A stretch of 49,338 bases of DNA, taken from an uncultured bacterium (GTDB lineage Bacteria > UBP6 > UBA1177). A program made the position numbers and the translations under genes. The DNA is taken from NCBI GenBank assembly GCA_947305505.1, contig CAMZDX010000002.1, positions 1-49,338 on the forward strand, read 5' to 3'. The notes under the pieces were generated by a model. The model made no database searches, had not been told where the DNA came from, and saw only the letters and a program-made list of their open reading frames with translations. Positions 1 to 8,797 of this stretch are shown piece after piece (position 1 is the stretch's first letter; each line of letters begins with the position of its first letter).

Positions 1-221
1 ACTGGGATGTGCGGCAGAAGTGGAAAGATTTCGATAAAATCGAAGAAATGTGCCGTAAAATTGTCGTTATCGGCAGAGGCGAAGGGAAAGAAAACGGCTT
101 TTCACTCCCCGACATTTCGAGCACGATGATAAAAAATATGATCAAAAACAATCAGAATCCCGACGTTTTTCTTCCCGCGGGAATTCTGGATTATATAAGG
201 AAAAACGGGCTTTACGCCTGA
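1..221 (+). CDS. nadD: Nicotinate-nucleotide adenylyltransferase, C-terminal part (5' end outside window)
   Basis: Frame open to the window edge. The C-terminus DISSTMIKNMIKN..DVFLPAGILDYIRKNGLYA follows the conserved NadD C-terminal pattern. Motif reading only. Confidence 0.55.
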   Translation, partial: WDVRQKWKDFDKIEEMCRKIVVIGRGEGKENGFSLPDISSTMIKNMIKNNQNPDVFLPAGILDYIRKNGLYA

Positions 222-988
222 ATGCTTCCGGTTGGAAACACAAGAGATTTCCCCTCTTCAAAAGTACCGAAAGTAAGGAAATCGCTATTGAACAAAGTTT
301 TCAGTTTCCCGCTTTCAACAAGCTCAGCCGGTGTTCCGTCAAAAACGAGTCTCCCCTCTTTCAAAGCGAGAATCCTGTCGGAAAAAACAAGTGCTTCATT
401 GATTTCGTGCGTGACAGTTATCACAAGTTTTCCGCTTGCCGCGATTTTTCTGATGATTTCGGAAATTCCGATTCTCTGGACAGGATCAAGATAGGTCAGC
501 GGTTCGTCAAGAAGCAGGATCTCGCTATTCTGAGCGATCGCTCCCGCAATCAGAATTCTCTGCCGCTCTCCTCCGCTCAAAGTGCCGATTTTTCTAGATA
601 AGAATTTTTTCGTACCGGTGAGTTCAAGCGCCCGCTCTATCGCAGCTTTATCCTCTGCGGAAAGTTTTTCCCACGGCTTTCTGTAAGGATAGCGCGAAAG
701 TTCGATAAAATGCGACACATCGAAATCTCCGGTGATCTCAGCTCCCTGCGGTACGAACGAAATGAGTTTCGCCCGCTCGCGCTCGCTCATCGAGGCAACT
801 TCGACACCGTTTGCCAGAACACTTCCCGAATGCTTGAGCAACGAAGATACAGCACGCAGAAGAGTCGTTTTCCCCGCGCCGTTAGTCCCTATCAGCGAAA
901 TATTTTCCGATTTCCCTGCAGAAAAACTGATTTCCTTTATGATTTCCTTTCCTGATATTTCGACTGAAAGATTGCGGACTTGAAACAT
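212..988 (-). CDS. ABC transporter ATP-binding protein (FecE/BtuD-like iron-siderophore/cobalamin type)
   Basis: Walker A GTNGAGKTT, signature LSGGERQR, Walker B LLLDEP. Start moved from 1033 to MFQVRNL because GGAG lies 6 nt upstream of the ATG at 988. Confidence 0.85.
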   Translation of the reverse strand: MFQVRNLSVEISGKEIIKEISFSAGKSENISLIGTNGAGKTTLLRAVSSLLKHSGSVLANGVEVASMSERERAKLISFVPQGAEITGDFDVSHFIELSRYPYRKPWEKLSAEDKAAIERALELTGTKKFLSRKIGTLSGGERQRILIAGAIAQNSEILLLDEPLTYLDPVQRIGISEIIRKIAASGKLVITVTHEINEALVFSDRILALKEGRLVFDGTPAELVESGKLKTLFNSDFLTFGTFEEGKSLVFPTGSIQA

Positions 989-1179
989 CCTGAACTCCAA
1001 ATTTGCTTTATCGTTGCGCCGCACCGTTATCACGTTATCCCTGGATCCCAGTATTCCGTCAAGATCTGGCGCGACGGGAAATAACGATGCGACTATACTC
1101 AGAATTTCGGGAAATGCGAGAGGCTATATAATGAGTTAATAAAAACCACCAAACTGGCTGTTTTGAGTCTACCAGTCTC

Positions 1180-1782
1180 TCAGGCAGTCGGAAGTTTCAA
1201 ATCCCTCAAGTTTCCTATTTGACTTGATTCAGCAACTCCTGTTTTGCACCAAAGTGCGAAATGTTCGCAGTTGCGCCAAAACACATTGTAACCAGATCCA
1301 TCATTGAAACCATTTTTCCCAATTTGGCTTTCAGCTCTTCTTAAAGTTTCTTCCGGCGAGTACGGGTGGTAGCTACGACCTAAGATTTTTCTGATGGTAT
1401 CATGTATCTGCTGACCTAGCGCAGGGTTTTTTATGCATTCATTAAACATGTCAAAATCGAGAACGAATACTTCATCTTCACCTTTGAACAGGGAAAATGA
1501 ATCCTTGCGGACAGATACTTTCCCGCTCAAAAAATCGTCGCACCCGTTGGAGAAGTGGATAACTTCAAAGTTCCCTGCATATATGCCGTAATGGTCATAA
1601 TCCGGTAGTACTTTGGGCTTTCTGTGGACACCAATTACGTCTCCCGGTTTAAGCTGCCGCCAGTCTGAAATACGGCATTTAAAATCGGATGGTTTTTTGT
1701 AAGGTAAAAGAAACTTAACAGTTTCTCTAAAAGCTTTGATAGCAATAATAATGCGAATAATGCGTAAAAGAATTAGCGGCAT
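1180..1782 (-). CDS. LRAT / NlpC-P60 superfamily (NC-domain) protein with N-terminal membrane anchor; paralog of 13058..13711
   Basis: His box DHYGIYAG and Cys box NCEHFALWCKTG. Hydrophobic N-terminus. GAGG RBS before the ATG. Confidence 0.75.
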   Translation of the reverse strand: MPLILLRIIRIIIAIKAFRETVKFLLPYKKPSDFKCRISDWRQLKPGDVIGVHRKPKVLPDYDHYGIYAGNFEVIHFSNGCDDFLSGKVSVRKDSFSLFKGEDEVFVLDFDMFNECIKNPALGQQIHDTIRKILGRSYHPYSPEETLRRAESQIGKNGFNDGSGYNVFWRNCEHFALWCKTGVAESSQIGNLRDLKLPTA

Positions 1783-1825
1783 TTTTTCCTCAAAAAATAG
1801 TTGATAAAAAACATCCTCCCCTAAA

Positions 1826-2425
1826 TCACAACATTTCCTGCTTCAGAGTTATCTCCGGTGTTGTCGTTACACCGCTTATGAACCTGACTTGATACGTGGT
1901 ATATTTGTGGACAATCGAGCTTATCATCTCCTTGAATTCGTACGCGGCCTGAGCTGAATATACGGCCATTTCAGCTTTTACGAACTCTTCTTTCCGCTTA
2001 TTGACAACCCGCATCGTGTCATCCGGTTTGATATTATTCCACCAACCGTTTTCCTCGTGCAATATCCTTATGTTTTTAGGATTGACCTCATGACTTATGA
2101 CTCTGGCTCTCGGAATAAAGACATCTATGCGTTCGTTGGTATCGTCAACCTCGACCCTTATTTCATCAGTATCGAACCCGAACTTTATCTCGCCCTGATA
2201 TGCAAGAACCAGCCGCTTTGTAGAAAGCAACGAAGTATCTTCGAACGACACTTCCGGCACTGTGTACTTGCGGCTTACAAGAGCCATTTCTCCGATATTT
2301 TTTATTTGATCTTCCAGAAACGCGCTGTCAACATGACTTTCGCATTCACCATCGCCCAATTTCATAAAAATCACTGCTGTAAAAAGTATAACAGCGATTA
2401 AAATCACAAATGATTTCATCTGCAT
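1826..2425 (-). CDS. DUF4230-like membrane-anchored protein (family B, copy 1)
   Basis: N-terminal TM helix, then IKFGFD...ARVISHEV pattern shared with 2435..3121 and 19176..19838. GGAGG RBS. Confidence 0.6.
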   Translation of the reverse strand: MQMKSFVILIAVILFTAVIFMKLGDGECESHVDSAFLEDQIKNIGEMALVSRKYTVPEVSFEDTSLLSTKRLVLAYQGEIKFGFDTDEIRVEVDDTNERIDVFIPRARVISHEVNPKNIRILHEENGWWNNIKPDDTMRVVNKRKEEFVKAEMAVYSAQAAYEFKEMISSIVHKYTTYQVRFISGVTTTPEITLKQEML

Positions 2426-2434
2426 AGCGGCCTC

Positions 2435-3121
2435 CTAATTAAAAACCTTTGAAATCATGCCCGGATTTTCCTGAACGAATTCTATTCTGTAGTCCCCACC
2501 GTCTCTCCGTTTTGTCCTCAGAAGCGTTGAAAGGTGTCTTGAAACTATCCTTTCGAATTGAGCTGCTGCTTTACTGTCGAAATCCCTGAGGTGGGTTTTA
2601 ACATAAATCTCATTCTGTTCGGCAATCCTTTCCATGAAAATTTTCTGATCGAGCTTGTTCCACAGCCCGTTGTCCCACTCAAGCACCTTGACATCGTTGA
2701 CCTCATGACTGAGGATCTTAGAGTGCGGATATCTGACAATGATATTCTTTCCGTTCTTTTCGATTTTGACATTGTCTAGATCGTAGCCGATCTTCACCGT
2801 AGCTGAATATGAGACGCTGAAACTCTTTTCCGAAGAGACGAGTCTGATGTTGAATACGGGCGTTTTCACCCAATCTTTGCTTTTATATTCGATAGTGTCA
2901 GTATAATCCTGCCTTAAAGTGGAAAGCTCCCTGATTGATCTGACCTCATCAATGAGCAGCGAAGAGGAAACCGTTTCCTCGGTTTCCGATGAGCGTCCTT
3001 TAAAACCATATATTGACCAGGCTAAAAAAAGAACCGACGCACCCAACACGAGCATTTTAAGCATGAAAATTCTCCATTTGATCAAAAGTTTTATAAAAGC
3101 GAGTGCCATCACTTCCGACAT
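2435..3121 (-). CDS. DUF4230-like membrane-anchored protein (family B, copy 2)
   Basis: VKIGYDLDNVKIE...PHSKILSHEV pattern. Its ATG overlaps the upstream TGA by 1 nt (TGATG). Confidence 0.6.
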   Translation of the reverse strand: MSEVMALAFIKLLIKWRIFMLKMLVLGASVLFLAWSIYGFKGRSSETEETVSSSLLIDEVRSIRELSTLRQDYTDTIEYKSKDWVKTPVFNIRLVSSEKSFSVSYSATVKIGYDLDNVKIEKNGKNIIVRYPHSKILSHEVNDVKVLEWDNGLWNKLDQKIFMERIAEQNEIYVKTHLRDFDSKAAAQFERIVSRHLSTLLRTKRRDGGDYRIEFVQENPGMISKVFN

Positions 3122-3510
3122 CAGTTCCGACCTCTTGAAATTATAGAAGTAAGTTTCCTGTAGATAAAATCCAAGACATCTATCTGATTGCGGAAAAGAT
3201 CCAGTACGCCCATAATTCCGAGAATTATTCCACAGAAAGAGTATCCTGCAAACATAAGAATTGCCGAGACCACGCCAAGCAGCATCAGGTGAAGATTCTC
3301 CGCAACAAAAGTCGGTTTTCCATAATCATCATAAAAAGAATCAGGAAGTACTGATCTGAACCTCTCGAGTCTGGCCGACATCAGAATAATAAGCGAAACA
3401 AAAAGTGCCGTAAAAAAACCTGCAGTAAATGTGAGAATCAGAAAGCATACCAGCGCATCGGCAATTCTGTATTTCATAATTTTTGCAGTTCTATCTGTCG
3501 TGCTTATCAT
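3121..3510 (-). CDS. Small multi-pass membrane protein, family C copy 1
   Basis: FTAGFFTALF...RFRSVLPDSFYDD...MGVLDLFRN is shared with 4208..4564 and 16151..16531. GGAGG RBS. Confidence 0.7.
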   Translation of the reverse strand: MISTTDRTAKIMKYRIADALVCFLILTFTAGFFTALFVSLIILMSARLERFRSVLPDSFYDDYGKPTFVAENLHLMLLGVVSAILMFAGYSFCGIILGIMGVLDLFRNQIDVLDFIYRKLTSIISRGRN

Positions 3511-3550
3511 TCCGTACCTCCAAAAAATTAAAAATTAACCAATCACACTA

Positions 3551-3581
3551 TCTTAAAGTACCGATTCCTGCCTATTTCCGA
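3551..3581 (-). promoter_or_regulatory. Cassette bipartite motif, degenerate upstream half (TCGGAAATAG-N13-CTTTAAGA)
   Basis: Minus-strand reading. Same 13-nt spacing as the other copies. Upstream of the ATG at 3510. Confidence 0.4.
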
Positions 3582-3619
3582 AAATTTTAGAAAATTCATG
3601 TATTTTTTTGTCCCCGAAA

Positions 3620-4135
3620 CTAAGACAACCTTGCTTTTACATTGTATTCCAACATCTCAAGAGCGAACCTTAAGATCCACAAAATCACCACATACGCAAT
3701 GAGAGATATAGGCTCGAGCTTAAAAAGCCATGCTGTATAGAGATGGAGAACCACTGACAAAGGTACTGCAAAAATAAAATTCATGCCCGACAAATACACC
3801 GCAACCGCCAAAACAATGAAAATCCACGGCAATATGGTAGTGAAAAGATCCGAAGTAAGTTTGCAGACCGGCCACAGGACAAGCCACCATCCTTCAAGGC
3901 TGTCGCATGTAACATCGTACGAATCGGCATAAAGATGGAGAGCAGCAAACGCAGCATATGCGACTATAAATTTCCATTCAGGCCGCCTTATTCTAAACAA
4001 CTCCAGAATTAAATTTCCGCTGTTTTTCAACATAATATTCACGACATCTTGTCCGTCCATTTCATGTATTAACGTCTTCCCAGACCTCTTGTCTATTTTT
4101 GCTCTAAGAGTTTCCAAATCTCTTCTTCTATTCAT
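3620..4135 (-). CDS. Multi-pass membrane protein, family D copy 1
   Basis: LELFRIRRPEWKFIVAY matches LELLGARIPSWKYIISY in 6253..6609. Start moved to MNRRRDL (GAGAGG RBS). A partial CTTTATAAGTGTGTGAG motif lies upstream. Confidence 0.65.
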   Translation of the reverse strand: MNRRRDLETLRAKIDKRSGKTLIHEMDGQDVVNIMLKNSGNLILELFRIRRPEWKFIVAYAAFAALHLYADSYDVTCDSLEGWWLVLWPVCKLTSDLFTTILPWIFIVLAVAVYLSGMNFIFAVPLSVVLHLYTAWLFKLEPISLIAYVVILWILRFALEMLEYNVKARLS

Positions 4136-4207
4136 GGAAAGACCTCTCGAAAAGTTAAAAAACAACGCTCACACACTTATAAAGATGCAAATTTATCACA
4201 CTTTTAC

Positions 4208-4564
4208 CTACTTTCGGTTCATCAGTTTCTTAACGAAATCTATGCAAGTGTCACGCCCCTCAGCAAGATCGATCACTGTAGCCGCCAAAAGCAAACCTCC
4301 GCATACGAGGTTACCCAAAAGAATGAATACGGCTGACGCGGTTCCAATAATAACTGTCGGAAGCTTTCTCGCTATCCATGTACCGGGTTCGCCGGTTTCA
4401 TCATAGAGGATATCCGGCATAATGAAGCGGAAATATCTGAGATTTCTCGACATGATCAGCAAAATCGTGAATACAAACGCACTGAAAAAACCGCAAGTCG
4501 CTGCAAAAACCACAAAAGCCGTGATCTCGCTGATTTTGATTTTAGGCATTTTACTTACTAACAT
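4208..4564 (-). CDS. Small multi-pass membrane protein, family C copy 2
   Basis: Paralog of 3121..3510. Start moved to MLVSKMPK because GGAGGAG lies 5 nt upstream of that ATG; the ATG at 4597 has no RBS. Confidence 0.65.
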   Translation of the reverse strand: MLVSKMPKIKISEITAFVVFAATCGFFSAFVFTILLIMSRNLRYFRFIMPDILYDETGEPGTWIARKLPTVIIGTASAVFILLGNLVCGGLLLAATVIDLAEGRDTCIDFVKKLMNRK

Positions 4565-4608
4565 TTTCACTCCTCCGACATCTCTTTTGTCATCCATGTT
4601 TTATAAAA

Positions 4609-5214
4609 CTACTGAAATTCAACTTCGCCATCATGTGTTTCATGCCGCATAAGAACACCCCGTACCCGTTCTTCGATTCCTGCAATCTCTTCGGCAGCAC
4701 TGATCCCGTAAATCTCATCGTAGTGCATCGGATCTCTCAGATCGACCATGTCCCATATCTCGTAATAGGAAGCTTCTTCAAGGCGGTAGATCTCCTCTTC
4801 AATCGGTTTGTATGCCTCCATACTGATGACCTTATCCGCAACCGTATTGACTTTTGTTATTGTCTCAACAAGTTTGACCTTTCTCTGATCGCCGAGTCTC
4901 TGCCAGATGCATGATTTCTCACCTATGTACGGATAAAGATCGTACTTTTTAAAATTAAGAAGTTCTGCAGGTTTGATCTCATTCTTTCCGTTCATGACCA
5001 AAATCTTTCCGTCGACCCATTCGAGACGTACTGATTCCCTGTTTTCGTTGAGACCGAATGTTACTTTCTTTACGACAGCGTCTTTTCTTTTCATAGTTTT
5101 TCTCCATTTGTTCTCTGTTGTTAAATCCTGATTTTCCGAAACATCACTGATGTTGTTGCTGAAACTGTTCATTTTTTTCTCCTCTTTTTCTGTTGTCACA
5201 GCTTTTGTTGTCAT
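4609..5214 (-). CDS. Hypothetical soluble protein, family E copy 1 (near-identical core to 14235..14723)
   Basis: GGAGG RBS at 5214. An internal start MKRKDAVV at 5094 (GGAG RBS) corresponds to the start of copy 2, so the N-terminal 40 residues are uncertain. Confidence 0.65.
   Translation of the reverse strand: MTTKAVTTEKEEKKMNSFSNNISDVSENQDLTTENKWRKTMKRKDAVVKKVTFGLNENRESVRLEWVDGKILVMNGKNEIKPAELLNFKKYDLYPYIGEKSCIWQRLGDQRKVKLVETITKVNTVADKVISMEAYKPIEEEIYRLEEASYYEIWDMVDLRDPMHYDEIYGISAAEEIAGIEERVRGVLMRHETHDGEVEFQ
4665..4908. repeat. Near-identical dispersed repeat, copy 1 (partner 14278..14521)
   Basis: Hand alignment finds only 2 mismatches (4702, 4861) over 244 bp. The flanks are clearly more diverged. 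Confidence 0.85.
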
Positions 5215-5252
5215 GTTAAACCTCCAAAATTAAAAATTAACCAATCACGCTA

Positions 5253-5283
5253 TCTTAAAGTGCGCTTCATTCAGTTTTTCCGA
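5253..5283 (-). promoter_or_regulatory. Cassette bipartite motif (TCGGAAAAAC-N13-CTTTAAGA)
   Basis: Minus-strand reading, upstream of the ATG at 5214. Confidence 0.5.
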
Positions 5284-5287
5284 AAAT

Positions 5288-6148
5288 TCATGCACTTTTT
5301 TTGTTTTTTTCATCAAAATCACATGCCTGCAGAACTATTTTTCCGTATTCGGCATCGTCAGCAGGATCAAAAACTAAAAGGAATCCGCCATTGTGACAGA
5401 AAACCGGCTTTTCAGGTTCCGCCTTCGTGAAATCGATTTCTTTTCCCAAACCGGTTCTGTAGAGCGTGCGGCTTTCACTTCCGTCACCGTTCCAGCCGTA
5501 TGCGACTTCTATTCTGTTTTCGTTTATGACATCCCTGCTTGCCGCGTTGTAGGCCTGTATCGAGAAACCGGCTTTGAAAGGTGATGTTTCACACACAAAA
5601 ACTCTTACTCCGCCCCCGAGCATTTCAATATGCGAATTCGCCGCAATCCACTCTTTCACTTTTTTAATCTCATCAATCTCGGAAAGTCTTCTTCTGAAGC
5701 CGTCGGCAACAATATTCGCGATTTTAAGAGGCTCTCTTTCAAAGAGATTTACCATTGTAAACTCAGGAACTATCCACGGCGAAGAATTACCGAATTTCTG
5801 TTCAGCTGTCGGAATTCCGTAATTATCCTGCATTCTTACCCGTTCTATCAACGGAGCGTATTTTTCATCATGCAGCACCCACGGAGCGAAAGTTTTAGCG
5901 ACAAGAGTCAGAGCGCATTCGACTTTATCTGTGTTTTTAAACTGATGATGATCGAAAAAGCGCGATCCGTCGAACTTCATTCCGCAGTCAATAACAAAAT
6001 CGTTATCTACAGCCTCATTGATCCTTTTCGCATCTCTTATGATTTCAGTAAATTCAATATCAGGCTTCGATGCGATAAGAAGTCCGCACGCCCACATTTC
6101 ATCTGCGTGGGCCTTAAGGCCGTGAACAAAGATTCTGCCGCTTTTCAT
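5288..6148 (-). CDS. MYG1/UPF0160-family metal-dependent hydrolase
   Basis: HGLKAHADEMWACGLL and VIDCGMKFDGSRFFDHHQF match the MYG1 motifs H..FH.DEALAC.LL and VDVGG.YD....YDHHQ. Confidence 0.7.
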   Translation of the reverse strand: MKSGRIFVHGLKAHADEMWACGLLIASKPDIEFTEIIRDAKRINEAVDNDFVIDCGMKFDGSRFFDHHQFKNTDKVECALTLVAKTFAPWVLHDEKYAPLIERVRMQDNYGIPTAEQKFGNSSPWIVPEFTMVNLFEREPLKIANIVADGFRRRLSEIDEIKKVKEWIAANSHIEMLGGGVRVFVCETSPFKAGFSIQAYNAASRDVINENRIEVAYGWNGDGSESRTLYRTGLGKEIDFTKAEPEKPVFCHNGGFLLVFDPADDAEYGKIVLQACDFDEKNKKSA

Positions 6149-6157
6149 GACACACTC

Positions 6158-6241
6158 CTAAACAAGAAAGAAATAAATCAAAAAGTTAACGAGCAGAGAA
6201 ACAAGCGTGTCAAAAATCAAACTGATGATCCAAGTAGCCAT
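6158..6241 (-). CDS. 27-aa hydrophobic peptide MATWIISLIFDTLVSLLVNFLIYFFLV
   Basis: Not in the ORF track (too short). GGAGG 5 nt upstream of the ATG. Its TAG is part of the RBS of the MYG1-like gene. Confidence 0.4.
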   Translation of the reverse strand: MATWIISLIFDTLVSLLVNFLIYFFLV

Positions 6242-6252
6242 ATTTTCCTCCA

Positions 6253-6609
6253 TTAATTATTGTCCGATGTTGAAACAGCATGTAAAAATGTCCTGATAAG
6301 ACAAACTGCAAACATTGCAGATGCAAACTTTACCGGGCCGAAAAGCCAGTATATGTACACATAAAGAGCGGTCACCCCGATTATTCTTAACAGACTGTTG
6401 CCTGATGAATATGACCATATAGACAAAACAACAAATGCCACAAGGTATACTGTGGTAGAAAAAACGAAACTATCCCAAAAGAAAAAAAACATTGCGGCAA
6501 ATACAACCAAATATGAGATTATGTATTTCCAAGAAGGAATCCTTGCACCTAACAATTCAAGGAAAAGACTTCCGATGTTGCTCTCTGTGTTCTGGATCTC
6601 TTTTGTCAT
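6253..6609 (-). CDS. Multi-pass membrane protein, family D copy 2
   Basis: Shares the R.P.WK.I..Y segment with 3620..4135. GGAGG RBS. Confidence 0.65.
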   Translation of the reverse strand: MTKEIQNTESNIGSLFLELLGARIPSWKYIISYLVVFAAMFFFFWDSFVFSTTVYLVAFVVLSIWSYSSGNSLLRIIGVTALYVYIYWLFGPVKFASAMFAVCLIRTFLHAVSTSDNN

Positions 6610-6651
6610 AATAAACCTCCAAAAAAAGTTAAAAAACTCAAACTCACACTC

Positions 6652-6682
6652 TCTTAAAGCATCGGGTTTTCCGTTTTTCCGA
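6652..6682 (-). promoter_or_regulatory. Cassette bipartite motif (TCGGAAAAAC-N13-CTTTAAGA)
   Basis: Minus-strand reading, immediately downstream of the ssrA 3' end and upstream of the ATG at 6609. The flank is homologous to the flank of 19882..19912. Confidence 0.5.
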
Positions 6683-6708
6683 AAATTTCCGAAGAAAAGA
6701 GAAAAAAT

Positions 6709-7050
6709 TGGTGGAGGCGGCGGGAATCGAAACCGCGTCCAACCTGAGGAACAACGAAACTTCTACATGCTTAGCTGTCCGTTTTGATAAGTGCTTCGGC
6801 TCCCGGCAGCAGGATCCCCGCACTGTCTCGCATTAGGTTTCGCGGTTTCAGTCATGCGAAAAACTTTCACCGCTATCCCGCTATTAGACGCCCTGCTTCG
6901 CTGTCACGGGAAAACAAGCGAGAGGACGGGCCTTCAGTCGGCCAACGAGCTTTTTACGCTGCGTTTCTGGATTGCCGCTTTTTACGAGGCCAGCGGCACC
7001 TCGGCATGCGATAACGAGGTTCAGCCAGGCTGTCGAAACCTGGCGCCCCC
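6709..7050 (-). ncRNA. ssrA: tmRNA (transfer-messenger RNA)
   Basis: The 5' end is GGGGGCGCCAGGTTTCGACAGCC. The 3' end is GGACGCGGTTTCGATTCCCGCCGCCTCCACCA. Acceptor stem is 7 bp with G3-U70. PK1-like pairing UGCCGCU/AGCGGCA. 342 nt. Confidence 0.93.
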
Positions 7051-7076
7051 AATTCAAAAATCAATGAACGATACTT

Positions 7077-7107
7077 ATATAAAGCGGTGAAAGTCGGATT
7101 TTTCCGG
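7077..7107 (-). promoter_or_regulatory. Cassette-type bipartite motif upstream of ssrA (CCGGAAAAAT-N13-CTTTATAT)
   Basis: Same spacing as the cassette copies. The downstream half is closer to TATAAT. Confidence 0.5.
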
Positions 7108-7128
7108 TTTTTTGGAGAAAAAAATTGT

Positions 7129-8787
7129 TCAGCAGTTTTTAGCGGATCTATCGTTGGCTCTGCGTTTTGCGACCTCTCGTGTCTTCCCTTTTGTGAAATA
7201 ATCAAGATCTTCAAGATAACCCGATACACGGCGGATCCTTCTGATATTCTTCGAACCGCATACCGGGCAGTCGTCGAAAGTCCCTTTGTGCCCGCAGTCG
7301 CGGCATATATCCAGCGGGAAATTCATTCCGAAGTATGAGACTCCCTGAGCTGCGGCATAACCTACGAGATCTTCCAGAGCTTCGACATTTTCCATCGGAG
7401 CATCGTTGAATTCGACATACGCGATGCTGCCGCCGTTGCAAAGAGCGTGAAATTTTCCTTCAATACGCAGCTTGTCATAGAGAGAAATCCCCGAATCTAC
7501 TTCGACATGGAAAGAATTCGTGTAGAACTCTTTTTCGAGAACAGGGTGCTCGAACATTTTTTTGTCGGCCTCGGCGAAACGCCCGGAAATCAACTCTCCC
7601 GGAGTTGCCAGAAGCGAAAAGTTTAGTCCTGTCTCCCTGCGGAAGGAATCTGCACAGTTTCTGAGTTTTTTGACAATATCAAAACCGAGCTGTTCCGCAT
7701 TTTTCGAAAGATAGAGTTTTTCACCGGTCAGGATCTCGACAGTTTCGGAAATCCCGATAAAACCTAATGAAAGAGTTCCCTGTTTGACAAGTTCATCCAT
7801 ATTTGCGACTTCGTTCCAAAGGTGGTTTTCGAACACAAAACCGAGTTTTTGCGTCTTTTTAAGAGTCTCCATTCTGGAAAGCAGGATATCTTTGCATACA
7901 TGAGCCTTTTCTTCGAGCTTTTCCATAAAATCAACGACCGATCCCGACTGAAGGGCAATACGCGGAAGGTTTATCGAAACATAAGCGATGTTTCCGCGTC
8001 CGATGGTCTGCTCCGGTCCGTTGGAATTCTGGTATACTCTTGTACGGCATCCCATGATCCCCAGTTTTTCAGGGTCGCAGCCGCGGTTCGGTTCGCTGTC
8101 GAGAAGCAGATAGGTAGGTATCATCCTGTTTGCAGTGCAATGAAGAGCCTGCAGGAAAAGATCGTGATTCGGATCAGATGCATCGGCGTTCACACCTTTT
8201 TTCACTTTGAAAATGATGTTCGGGCGTTCATAGTGTATCGACTGCTCAAGATAAGCTTTGAGTATCGATTTCGTGATAAATCTCCCCCACTCCGATGTCG
8301 CAAGTCCGAGATTGAGCGATATATAGTAAGGTTCACGGCAGTATCTCGTGCGTGTCGTGTTGACCCAGTTCAAAAAAAGAGCCGCAAGATCGGTCATCGC
8401 ATCTCTGTTCGCTTCACTGAACGGCACATTGAGTTTTTCAAGAACATCCGCGATATCGATATCGAAATTGGCGAAACCGATCCCGCCCGTCTGGCAGACT
8501 GCAAGAGAAGAAATCAGCGATTCTATCTTTCCGAAGATCTCGGCAATCTTACTGAAATCATTAGTTGAAACGAACTTTTTGGCATCAAGGATATCCTGAA
8601 GCGCCGGTGTACAGCAGTTATAGACAAAGCGGTATCCTTCAAGATCATGAAGATGGATCTCGGCATTTCTGTGCATTTCGGCATATTCCGGCTTTACCAG
8701 ATTATTGAGAATAAAATTTTTCTCCTGCTTTACAGCCTCTTCATAAAGACCGCTTACGAAATTGTCTCTTGCAGCTGCATTTTCCAT
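7129..8787 (-). CDS. nrdD: Anaerobic ribonucleoside-triphosphate reductase (class III)
   Basis: C-terminal Zn ribbon CRDCGH..CPVCGS, followed by the glycyl-radical motif RRVSGYL. AGGAGG RBS. Confidence 0.9.
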   Translation of the reverse strand: MENAAARDNFVSGLYEEAVKQEKNFILNNLVKPEYAEMHRNAEIHLHDLEGYRFVYNCCTPALQDILDAKKFVSTNDFSKIAEIFGKIESLISSLAVCQTGGIGFANFDIDIADVLEKLNVPFSEANRDAMTDLAALFLNWVNTTRTRYCREPYYISLNLGLATSEWGRFITKSILKAYLEQSIHYERPNIIFKVKKGVNADASDPNHDLFLQALHCTANRMIPTYLLLDSEPNRGCDPEKLGIMGCRTRVYQNSNGPEQTIGRGNIAYVSINLPRIALQSGSVVDFMEKLEEKAHVCKDILLSRMETLKKTQKLGFVFENHLWNEVANMDELVKQGTLSLGFIGISETVEILTGEKLYLSKNAEQLGFDIVKKLRNCADSFRRETGLNFSLLATPGELISGRFAEADKKMFEHPVLEKEFYTNSFHVEVDSGISLYDKLRIEGKFHALCNGGSIAYVEFNDAPMENVEALEDLVGYAAAQGVSYFGMNFPLDICRDCGHKGTFDDCPVCGSKNIRRIRRVSGYLEDLDYFTKGKTREVAKRRANDRSAKNC

Positions 8788-8797
8788 TCGTTCCTCC

